A stretch of 64,000 nt of DNA from a virus, in IMG/VR virus record IMGVR_UViG_3300017917_001573, positions 30,972-94,971 of that record; one strand, given 5' to 3'. A model generated the notes under the pieces. That model ran no database searches. It was not told where the DNA came from and worked only from the letters and a program-made list of their open reading frames with translations. The position numbers and the translations under genes are program-made. Of this stretch, positions 10,323 to 19,222 are shown in pieces; within the stretch, counting starts at the first letter, position 1; the number at the start of each line of letters is the position of its first letter.

Positions 10323-13300
10323 ATGCCTACTACAACAGATATATCAAATATTATTACAGGTCAAAAACCTGTTTCTGTACAACTTGCAGAAATGCATTCT
10401 GATTTGTTAAACAATATCAGAGAAAATGTTATACCTATAACACCACAAGCATCAAGTAATTATGGATTAACACCAACTGCTGCACCACAACAAAAATCAT
10501 TTGCAGAAGTTGCAGCAGAAGTATTCAGTAATCCTATTAGAAACAGTACATTCGTTGCACCATATGAATATGCTAAAAAATATGATGATAAACAATTGGG
10601 ATTTAATGCTGCACGTTCTTTTGAAGACCAAGAAGATATGTATGCTGATAAATTGTATTCTAGTTTTGGTGGTGCATTGTTAGGTATTGGTAAAGGTGTT
10701 GCAAGTAGAGGTTTATCTATTATTCCTAAATTTTTAAGTTCCGCAGGTGTAATAGGTGGTTTTACAGCAGACATTTTTAGTGGGAATTTATACAACGGAA
10801 AATTAAATTACACCACTGATAACTTCTTTTTACATCTAATGGATGGTATAGATGAAGGATTAAGAGAAGTAATGCCTATATATGCAGACAAAGACTATTT
10901 TGAAGGTGGTTTACTTTCTAAAATGGGTACTATGAAATTTTGGGCAGATGACTTCTTTGATGGTGTAGCATTTGCTGTTTCTTCTTATGGTAACGTTGGT
11001 TTGCTAAATGCGGCAGGTAAACTTGGTAGATTAGGTAAACTTGGAAAAGCGGCAATGGCAGTAGAGGAAGGTGTTGATGCTTTATCAGATGCTGAACGTT
11101 TTGTACAAGGTAGTGAAACTATTAGAGAAGCTGCTACCTTGTCTGCTAAAGAAATGATGCAAGGTTTTACAAAAAACTACAAAGGTTTAGACATTAATTT
11201 TCTAGCATCAGATGCTGCAAAAGCTACTTTAAAAAACTGGGCTAAATCTGGTGGTTATGCTACATTTAATACTGTAACTGAAGCTGGAGCTGAAGCTAGA
11301 GACTTTAAAAAGCAATACAAACAACAATTAATTAACGAAGGTTTTTCTGAATCAGAAGCAAATGATATTGCATCAGAAAAAGCACTTAATGTATTCAACG
11401 GTAATATCATTGCTTTACTAGGCTCTAACATTATTGAGGTTAGAACAATGTTTCCATCTTTGTTTGGTACTACTGAAAATGCATTAGCAACAGCTAAACG
11501 AGCAATTGTTAATGGTGAAAAAGTAGCTACACAAAGTTTGGCTAAAACAATGCTAAAAGGTATTGGGTTGAATATTGCAGCAGAAGGCATGTATGAAGAA
11601 AACATTCAAACGTCTATACAACAATTTGAGAAATCTTCTTCCCCTGACAATACTTCATTTATGGATATGGCTACCAATTCTATAGCCACTATGCTAAATA
11701 ACATTGGTTATTTTGGATCAGCTCTAACAGGTTCATACAAAGACATGTCTGCTGATCAAAAAGAAGCAGTTGACTCAATTGTATTAGGTGCATTGATTGG
11801 TGGTTCTATGGGATCAAAAGGTTCTTATAGTGAACATAAATTATTAGAAAATCAAATCAAAACATTTGGTTCTCAATATGAAGGTTTAAAAAATAAACAA
11901 GCTGAAATCTTTTCTGTACTAGGAGAAGACTTGAAGAATATATACAAAAAACAAGTTGTTCAAAATCCAGATGGAACTACTACCGAAACATATCATGATG
12001 AGAATGGTAAATTAGTATTTGATGAAGACAAAATTGCAAAACTAGCATTCCTTAATATTGAAAATCAGAAGTTGGTAAATGAATACTTGTATCGCATTAC
12101 AAACAATGATAAAAAAGGTGCTGATATATTGTTAGATCAACTACATGCTAGATATGCATTTCAAACATTAACAAATCCTATTTGGGATGGGGATGCAGAT
12201 TTAGCATTGAAACATATGGAGAATTCATTGGATTCATTTGAAGACAAATCAAATCCATTGCTTGCTACATGGCAATCTAATAAAGAACGTATTAAAGAGT
12301 ATACAGAAATCTTTAAATCCATACAACAAGAACAACTCAATAAAAAGATTGATAATGTTGCAGACTTTCAATTTGCTAAGTTTGCTTTAGCATCTATGTT
12401 TTATGAAAAAACTAAACAATCTACATTATCAAGACAAGCAAATGAGTATAGAGAAGAACGTGCTGCATTAGATAACAAGTTTAAAGAACCTAAAGAGATT
12501 ATTGATGAAAATGGTAAGATTGTAGATAATCCTAACTATATAACTCCTACACAAGAGGAATCTTCAAAAATGTCTTATTTAAAAAATCAATTGTCTACAA
12601 TTCAATCTCTTGTAGATAGTTCAGAAAAGACTATAAACATGTTCAGAAGTGATTCTGAAAGAAAAGTTTTTTACAAAAGAATTTTCGAGAGACAATCTGA
12701 AATCAATGACTTATTTGACCAAAGCGATAAAGTAGATGAAGAGTTAAAAGAACTTGAAAAAGAGGTTAAAACAAAACAACAAGAACTCTCTGATTTAGAA
12801 AACAAAGAAGAACTTACTCCAGAAGAAGAAACTAAATTAAAAGAACTACAAGACGAAGTACAAAAACTATCTGATGATTATCAAAACAAATATGAATCAC
12901 ATGCTGCATTTGTTGCAGATTTTGAATCAAAACATAGATTTGAAGGTGATATGTGGTTGGTTAAAAACTTTGATATAAAGAAAGGTGATTATCGTTCTTT
13001 TTCTGAACAACTAAAAGATATTGATAATACACCATTACAATACAAACCTTATCTTGAAGCATATCAAGATATGAAGTTGTCTGTAGAATTTCACAAGATT
13101 GTAAATGACTATTTGGAAAAAGCTAATATTTCTGTATCTGAATTAATTTCTACTGTTAATAATTTTATTCAAAATAAAAAAGACATTAGTGAAGAAGATT
13201 TAGCTTTACTTGATTCTTTGTATCAGATGATCAAACGTAAAAACGCTGATGACAAACAAAACAACGTATTAGTAGATTTAAAAAATGTAGTTCTTACTCC

Positions 13301-15989
13301 ATACTATCATCCTAAAATATCTAATGTAGTAGGTTTGTCAGCAGAACTATTGTACAGTGATTTAGATGAAAATGAGGAAACTATTGAAGAAGTTACAAAA
13401 GAACCTGTAAGTGTATTTAAAGAATCATATGAAAATTATTTACAAACTGTAGAAAGTTCAAAAAATAAAATTGCCGATATTCAATCTTTAATTGAATTTG
13501 AAAAACTATTAAAGAAAATGAAATTAGATGGTGGTCCTGTTTCTTTAAATAAAGGTTTTGTTACAAGTAAACGTAATTGGGCATTAAACAAGCAATCCAT
13601 AGGATACTACAAAACATCGACTAATCCATCTGATTTTGAATCACCATCTATCTTGTTGATTGATACACTTGGTCCGTTAGCTAGATTCTTTTTTGAAAGA
13701 GGTTATATACTAAATCAATTAGCATTAGCTCAATCTAAGTTTGAAGCATATGATGCATTGTCTGATAAATCTATGTATACAGAAAGTCCTACTGCTCTAC
13801 AAAATTTGTATACTACATTAAAAGCTTGGCAAAAACTAATTAAAGAAAAAGATAGAAAAAATACTGGTTTTTTTGATGGTTTATCTGATAACATTGATCA
13901 AGCATTAAACAATGTAGATACTATGTTGGATGCTGCAATGAAATCTGGAGACAATAGAATTGCAATGCAGAATAAAATGTTTATGTTGAATTTACAACAA
14001 CATTTTATATCTATGGGTTTTGATTTAACATCTGGTACACTTAAAGCGCATGCTACTAGTCCGTTAAATCAGTTTTTAAATCATCCTAGAATTAAACCAC
14101 TTTGGGAAGATAAAGATGTTGCATCTTTGACAGAATATGATTTTGAAACTATTGCTGTTGGATTAAGAACTGTAATGACACCTACTGAAATAAATACTAT
14201 AACTCAGCAATTAATTACATCTAATAAACAAACATACAGTGTATTTAAAAGTGTAATTGGAGAAAGATCAACTGTATATCCATCTGATTATATTGGTTAT
14301 TTTATGTTGGAACTATTTAAAGTAGAATCAGATAGTATTGATAAATTTAAACAACATCAAAATCTACTAATTCTATTAGAAGATTTAAAATCAGATAGTA
14401 CATCCAAATTTACCATAAGAGGTAAAGATTATACTAAAGATGAAATCATTAATCTTGTAGAAAATTTACTAACACACAATTTAAATGAAACCGCTATCTT
14501 AAACTTGAATACTGATTTTGTATACAAGAATTATTTGACAAAGCTTGATAAATATGAAAAAACTCAATCTATTGGTCTATCATCAGAACAAAGAATGAGT
14601 CACATGATTTTTTCTAAGTATTTGTCAATGAAAATCAATTACAAACCATTGATGTTAAATGCTGTTGCTGGTTCTGGTAAAACATCTACCTTTAAATGGT
14701 TGTTTGCTACAAATGAAATTACAGCAGAAAATACTCAATTCTTTGCTACAACAGATACTTCTGTATCTAGTCTACAAAATTCATTGTCTGCAAATAATGT
14801 AACTGTAAAAAATATATCGACAATAGATCCAAAGGCTGATTATTCTAATACTAAACATCTAGTAGTAGATGAAATTGGTTTAATTAGTGACAGTAATACA
14901 ACTACTCTTAGAAAAATTGCAGAAAAAAATCCTCACTTAAAAATTATATTTTTAGGTGACAACAACCAACTTCCAAAAAATGCAATTCAAGTATCTCATT
15001 TGTTTTCATTCCAATTACTTTACAATACACCTTTGACACTATCTTTTAGAGCAAAGGTTACATCTATATCTGATGCATTCTCTAAATTTAAAAACAAATC
15101 TACTGTACCAGATACAGTAACATTGTCTGCATCTGGACCTATTGGAAAATCTGTATATGGTGTACATTCTGTAAATGGAAATGATTCTGTGCAATCTGCA
15201 AAATTTGATGAACAAATTCAAATTGAAGTAGACAACAATGCTGATATATTGATTATTACCTCTACCGATAAAATTGATTCATACAAAAAGAAATTTCCTT
15301 CTGCTACTGTTGTTACACCAATTGATGCACAATCTCTTTCTAAAGACAAAGTATTTATTGATGTATCCTATGCAGACTATACATCTGCAAGAACTGGTGT
15401 ACCATATTATGCACAAAGTACCCAAGAAGTTAAGAATACATTGTTCAATACATTGATGTACGTGGCAATTAGTCGTGGTTCTGAGTATGTGATGATCAAA
15501 GATTATGACAATAGATTTTCTAATACAGAAGATACGAATTTACAACAATCTGTAGCAGACTCTATTCAAAAATCAGAAATTGAAATACAAAAAAACAAAG
15601 TTCTATTTCAAGATTGGATTAAAGATGAATTAGCTAAATTTGGTGCAAAACCAACTGTGTCTAATACTACACAAACCCAACCTCAACCACAGACACAACC
15701 TCAAACAGAACCTACTACTGAAACTGAATCAGAAACTGAATCTCAAACTGAAAATGAAACTCAAAATAATTCAAATTTATTTGAAGATACATTATCTGAT
15801 ACAGAAAAAGATTTAGTATCAAGATACCCAGAAGTATATGCTATATTAAAATGGGTATATGATACAAAAGGTAGTGAACAAATGCCTGACACTATGTACA
15901 AAGAAATGCTATCTTTGGTGTATCAAAGACTAACTGATGAAGAATCTACTTTGATTCAATCATACATTAAAAAGCAATCTGAATGTTAA
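10323..15989 (+). CDS. Large virion cargo protein: N-terminal hydrophobic/Gly-rich helices, coiled coil, C-terminal superfamily-1 helicase domain
   Basis: Walker A AVAGSGKTS, Walker B VVDEIG, motif III FLGDNNQLP, motif V TPIDAQS, motif VI LMYVAISRG. N-terminal EAGAEAR and EGMYEENIQ segments resemble crAss ejection proteins. Confidence 0.75.
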   Translation: MPTTTDISNIITGQKPVSVQLAEMHSDLLNNIRENVIPITPQASSNYGLTPTAAPQQKSFAEVAAEVFSNPIRNSTFVAPYEYAKKYDDKQLGFNAARSFEDQEDMYADKLYSSFGGALLGIGKGVASRGLSIIPKFLSSAGVIGGFTADIFSGNLYNGKLNYTTDNFFLHLMDGIDEGLREVMPIYADKDYFEGGLLSKMGTMKFWADDFFDGVAFAVSSYGNVGLLNAAGKLGRLGKLGKAAMAVEEGVDALSDAERFVQGSETIREAATLSAKEMMQGFTKNYKGLDINFLASDAAKATLKNWAKSGGYATFNTVTEAGAEARDFKKQYKQQLINEGFSESEANDIASEKALNVFNGNIIALLGSNIIEVRTMFPSLFGTTENALATAKRAIVNGEKVATQSLAKTMLKGIGLNIAAEGMYEENIQTSIQQFEKSSSPDNTSFMDMATNSIATMLNNIGYFGSALTGSYKDMSADQKEAVDSIVLGALIGGSMGSKGSYSEHKLLENQIKTFGSQYEGLKNKQAEIFSVLGEDLKNIYKKQVVQNPDGTTTETYHDENGKLVFDEDKIAKLAFLNIENQKLVNEYLYRITNNDKKGADILLDQLHARYAFQTLTNPIWDGDADLALKHMENSLDSFEDKSNPLLATWQSNKERIKEYTEIFKSIQQEQLNKKIDNVADFQFAKFALASMFYEKTKQSTLSRQANEYREERAALDNKFKEPKEIIDENGKIVDNPNYITPTQEESSKMSYLKNQLSTIQSLVDSSEKTINMFRSDSERKVFYKRIFERQSEINDLFDQSDKVDEELKELEKEVKTKQQELSDLENKEELTPEEETKLKELQDEVQKLSDDYQNKYESHAAFVADFESKHRFEGDMWLVKNFDIKKGDYRSFSEQLKDIDNTPLQYKPYLEAYQDMKLSVEFHKIVNDYLEKANISVSELISTVNNFIQNKKDISEEDLALLDSLYQMIKRKNADDKQNNVLVDLKNVVLTPYYHPKISNVVGLSAELLYSDLDENEETIEEVTKEPVSVFKESYENYLQTVESSKNKIADIQSLIEFEKLLKKMKLDGGPVSLNKGFVTSKRNWALNKQSIGYYKTSTNPSDFESPSILLIDTLGPLARFFFERGYILNQLALAQSKFEAYDALSDKSMYTESPTALQNLYTTLKAWQKLIKEKDRKNTGFFDGLSDNIDQALNNVDTMLDAAMKSGDNRIAMQNKMFMLNLQQHFISMGFDLTSGTLKAHATSPLNQFLNHPRIKPLWEDKDVASLTEYDFETIAVGLRTVMTPTEINTITQQLITSNKQTYSVFKSVIGERSTVYPSDYIGYFMLELFKVESDSIDKFKQHQNLLILLEDLKSDSTSKFTIRGKDYTKDEIINLVENLLTHNLNETAILNLNTDFVYKNYLTKLDKYEKTQSIGLSSEQRMSHMIFSKYLSMKINYKPLMLNAVAGSGKTSTFKWLFATNEITAENTQFFATTDTSVSSLQNSLSANNVTVKNISTIDPKADYSNTKHLVVDEIGLISDSNTTTLRKIAEKNPHLKIIFLGDNNQLPKNAIQVSHLFSFQLLYNTPLTLSFRAKVTSISDAFSKFKNKSTVPDTVTLSASGPIGKSVYGVHSVNGNDSVQSAKFDEQIQIEVDNNADILIITSTDKIDSYKKKFPSATVVTPIDAQSLSKDKVFIDVSYADYTSARTGVPYYAQSTQEVKNTLFNTLMYVAISRGSEYVMIKDYDNRFSNTEDTNLQQSVADSIQKSEIEIQKNKVLFQDWIKDELAKFGAKPTVSNTTQTQPQPQTQPQTEPTTETESETESQTENETQNNSNLFEDTLSDTEKDLVSRYPEVYAILKWVYDTKGSEQMPDTMYKEMLSLVYQRLTDEESTLIQSYIKKQSEC
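15720..15767 (+). repeat. Four degenerate 12-bp tandem units in a low-complexity T/Q/P/E linker
   Basis: gaaactgaatca gaaactgaatct caaactgaaaat gaaactcaaaat (ETES ETES QTEN ETQN), preceded by TQPQPQTQPQ. Confidence 0.8.
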
Positions 15990-15990
15990 T

Positions 15991-18900
15991 ATGAATTGTT
16001 TTACTGAATTAGACAGACTAGTTGTTTCAATCCAAGTATCAAAAGACCTGAAAGTTAATTTTGGGTCTTTTGATGTTCATATGAAACACATTTATACTAC
16101 AAAACCATTACCTAAATCAGAAGGTTTAGAATACTACGAAAAGTATACAGAGTTATATAATTCTGTAGCATCTATGCTAGGTTTAGAATCTAGTTTAAAT
16201 GTAGATGATGTTGTAGATTGGTACAATAAAAAACATAATCCTGTTACAGGACAAGGTTTACAATTTCCTTCAAGAGAACACATTAGACGTTCTAAAGACC
16301 AAGATGAAGAAAATGTGGGTAAATTTAAAGAAGGTGATGAAGTATTTTTAATCAAAGATGCAAATGGGAAAGTTGCTTTAGTAGGTAATCCAACTGCGTC
16401 TTTGTATAATGTACTTGCTGTATTGTCAGATGATGAACTAACATTTCGATTCAAAGCATATACACCACTTACAGTATCTTCTAGTATACTAGAAAACAAG
16501 ATAAATATTGAAAATGTATTTAATGCTCCAAAAGCAAAAGTAACTTTAGCAGAACCTGTAAAAACAGTATATGGAAATAATATACAAAATATTGAACCAG
16601 ATCAAGTACAAGGTTCTTTAAATGCTATTGCTACAATGTTTGATGACTTAAATGACACTCAAGGAACTATTCCGTTACTAAGTATTGCAACACATTCTAA
16701 TACAGATGAAGACTTTTTATTGGGTAGACCTGTTGTAAAAATGCTCACATTAGATAATAATGGACATTATAAAATGGTTCCATTCCAAGTAGCATTGAAC
16801 AAAGCGGCATTGTCAACAGATTCTCCTGTATACAAGATGATGCAAACATTTTATGATAATGCTGTTATATTAAATAATGCTGGATTTCCAATGGGTTCTA
16901 TTGAATTTGAAACATTGATTAAAGATGTAGCAAAATCATTTGTAAATGGAGAAATTTTATCCCAAAAGAAAAATGTACTTGTTTCTAAGTATGGACAAAG
17001 TGTATTTGATTCAGCATTGCAACTTGTGCAATTAACACATGGTCAAGAAAAAACTAAATATAGAAGTACATCTCTTGTAGATTTTTATACTACAGTAGGA
17101 TTAAACGATAATCAAATACAAAAAAGAAAAGAACAACTTAAAAATCTGTTTGATGATTTTCAATTAACCGATGAACAAGTTGATCAAATTTTAAATTTGA
17201 ATGATTTACTTTCAGGTAAAGTATTTGAAATTGTATTTGGTATAAAGAATTCTGATTCACCTAGAACTCCAAAAACTAAAACTGTTGAAAAAGATGGTCA
17301 AACATATTTGTATACAGATTTGTTAGAACAATTCAGAAAAAATATTCAACCATTGTTATCAGTAGAAACATCTGCTGGTGGTAGATATGAATTAAATCGT
17401 GTTGGAGATAAACTTGAAGAAAAACAAAAGATCAAAGGTGTTAGAACACCGCGTACTATTTTTACAAATAGAAACACAATTACCAAATATGAAAACGGTA
17501 AAGTTGTAGAATCTTATTATAGTCCACCATTAATGAAAAATGGATATGGACCATTGCAAAAAGCTCTTAAACAACTTATTGCTGCAAACCAAGAATCTTT
17601 CTCTGGTACTTCAAAAACAGAAGGTACATATGTACATAACTTATTAAAACCTTTTTTTACAACAAGAGGTTCTAATGAAACAAAAGTATTTATTACAAAA
17701 GGTTTCTTTACATCAGATGACAATACTAAAAAACTTTATTTAAAAGGTATATTTAAAACATTACGTGCATTAAGCAAAGACTACAATACTAAAAAATACG
17801 ATGATTTAGAAGATATGTCTAACCTTGAAAGTTTAGTAGAAGAGTTGGATATTATCGGTTTAGCAGAAGAAGATTTAGAAATGTTGTCTAATAACTTTAG
17901 TACATTCTATAATACAGAAAGACGATTTGAATCATTAAAAGATTACATTGATGCAGAATTAGAACAAATTCAACAACGTATTGAAAATGATAAAATCAAT
18001 TTATCTGCATTGGGTAATTTCTTAGATCAATCACATATTAATCCATCTACAAAAAGATTTAAAAAAGATGGTGAAAAGAAAGGTTCTTTCATTCGTAGTA
18101 ATCCTAGATTAGCAGGTGAAATAAATGATACATTTGAAAAACAATATATTGATTTATTATCTTTAGCATATACATACCATACTAATCCTGAATTTAAATC
18201 TTTTATGGACAACAATCCTTTTTTAGAAACAGGTTTTAAATTAAAAGATGAAACACTTACTAATACTGATCTTTTAGATAAGATAAATAGCATGCACAAA
18301 GAAACTGTTATTTCAGAATTTGAAAAATTAGTATCTTCTAATATAGAAACATCTGGTGTAATTAGAATTGAAAATTCCAAAGTTGATATAGATTTTAATT
18401 CAAATAATACTGTAAAAGAAGAATCTGTGTTAGAAGAACCAGCTCCTTCTACACAAACAGCTCCTGTTTCTACAAATACTAAAGCTGATATAGAAAGGAG
18501 AAGACAAGAAAAGTATAATACTCAGTACAATAATTTAGTTTCTGGTAATGTATTAGATAATCAAGGAGACCCTGTTTTTGAAGAAGATAAAGGAATAGGA
18601 GCTAATGGTTTATTTACTTTAACAGAAAAAAAATATGGTCATGGTCACGTCAGAACTAGTGGGTTAAATTCTTTAAAGGTTCTTGAAGACTTATTAGAAG
18701 GTGCTGAGTTTTCAGGGTGGTTTGGAGAAATTGGAGAAGGACCACATTCAACATGGGAGACTGGAAACTTTATAATTGTCTCTAATAATATCTATCCGAT
18801 TAAAAACGGTAAATTAAACCTAAATGAGGTTGAGATAATATTAAATGCTGGATTAACTCCTTTTGCTCAAGAGCTTGCAAACAAGTATCCTAATGTAATT

Positions 18901-19191
18901 ATTAAAGATTTTAATGGTAAAAAATATGACGCAGAACTAGATTCTTTAGAAGATACTACTCAACCTACAGATGCTAAAGCTGATATAGAAGGATTTAAAG
19001 ATTTTGTTAAAAATACTGACAACGTCACAGAACAAGACAATTCTGATACTGATACAGAAATCAATAGTTCCGAATTTGATGTATCGTATACTGATATTAA
19101 TGTAACAGATGAGAAAGAACCTAACTCAGAAATTAAACCAGAAGAAAATAACAATGAACCATTAGATCCTTGTGATGGATTTGGTTTTTAA
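15991..19191 (+). CDS. Large virion cargo protein, function unknown, with a repeat-flanked inserted domain
   Basis: 1066 aa between the helicase-bearing protein and the RNAP; acidic C-terminal tail; only two Cys (C3, C1061). Confidence 0.6.
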   Translation: MNCFTELDRLVVSIQVSKDLKVNFGSFDVHMKHIYTTKPLPKSEGLEYYEKYTELYNSVASMLGLESSLNVDDVVDWYNKKHNPVTGQGLQFPSREHIRRSKDQDEENVGKFKEGDEVFLIKDANGKVALVGNPTASLYNVLAVLSDDELTFRFKAYTPLTVSSSILENKINIENVFNAPKAKVTLAEPVKTVYGNNIQNIEPDQVQGSLNAIATMFDDLNDTQGTIPLLSIATHSNTDEDFLLGRPVVKMLTLDNNGHYKMVPFQVALNKAALSTDSPVYKMMQTFYDNAVILNNAGFPMGSIEFETLIKDVAKSFVNGEILSQKKNVLVSKYGQSVFDSALQLVQLTHGQEKTKYRSTSLVDFYTTVGLNDNQIQKRKEQLKNLFDDFQLTDEQVDQILNLNDLLSGKVFEIVFGIKNSDSPRTPKTKTVEKDGQTYLYTDLLEQFRKNIQPLLSVETSAGGRYELNRVGDKLEEKQKIKGVRTPRTIFTNRNTITKYENGKVVESYYSPPLMKNGYGPLQKALKQLIAANQESFSGTSKTEGTYVHNLLKPFFTTRGSNETKVFITKGFFTSDDNTKKLYLKGIFKTLRALSKDYNTKKYDDLEDMSNLESLVEELDIIGLAEEDLEMLSNNFSTFYNTERRFESLKDYIDAELEQIQQRIENDKINLSALGNFLDQSHINPSTKRFKKDGEKKGSFIRSNPRLAGEINDTFEKQYIDLLSLAYTYHTNPEFKSFMDNNPFLETGFKLKDETLTNTDLLDKINSMHKETVISEFEKLVSSNIETSGVIRIENSKVDIDFNSNNTVKEESVLEEPAPSTQTAPVSTNTKADIERRRQEKYNTQYNNLVSGNVLDNQGDPVFEEDKGIGANGLFTLTEKKYGHGHVRTSGLNSLKVLEDLLEGAEFSGWFGEIGEGPHSTWETGNFIIVSNNIYPIKNGKLNLNEVEIILNAGLTPFAQELANKYPNVIIKDFNGKKYDAELDSLEDTTQPTDAKADIEGFKDFVKNTDNVTEQDNSDTDTEINSSEFDVSYTDINVTDEKEPNSEIKPEENNNEPLDPCDGFGF
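18470..18990 (+). repeat. 26-bp imperfect direct repeat pair flanking a 165-codon in-frame cassette
   Basis: ctacaaatactaaagctgatatagaa (18470-18495) vs ctacagatgctaaagctgatatagaa (18965-18990); 24/26 identical, 495 bp apart. Confidence 0.9.
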
Positions 19192-19194
19192 TTG

Positions 19195-19202
19195 TAACTT
19201 TG
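19195..19202 (+). promoter_or_regulatory. Bacteroidota sigma-A -7 box (TAnnTTTG) upstream of the RNAP gene
   Basis: TAACTTTG in the 31-bp intergenic gap before ATG 19223; no well-spaced -33 TTTG. Confidence 0.5.
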
Positions 19203-19222
19203 AAAAATATTAATATAACGAT

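Noticed and set aside
15981-15999. Frameshift or sequencing error joining the 1888-aa and 1066-aa ORFs (TGT TAA T ATG)
   Set aside because: Clean stop and start, no slippery sequence, and the same Cys-stop/Met-x-Cys pattern recurs at the next two junctions
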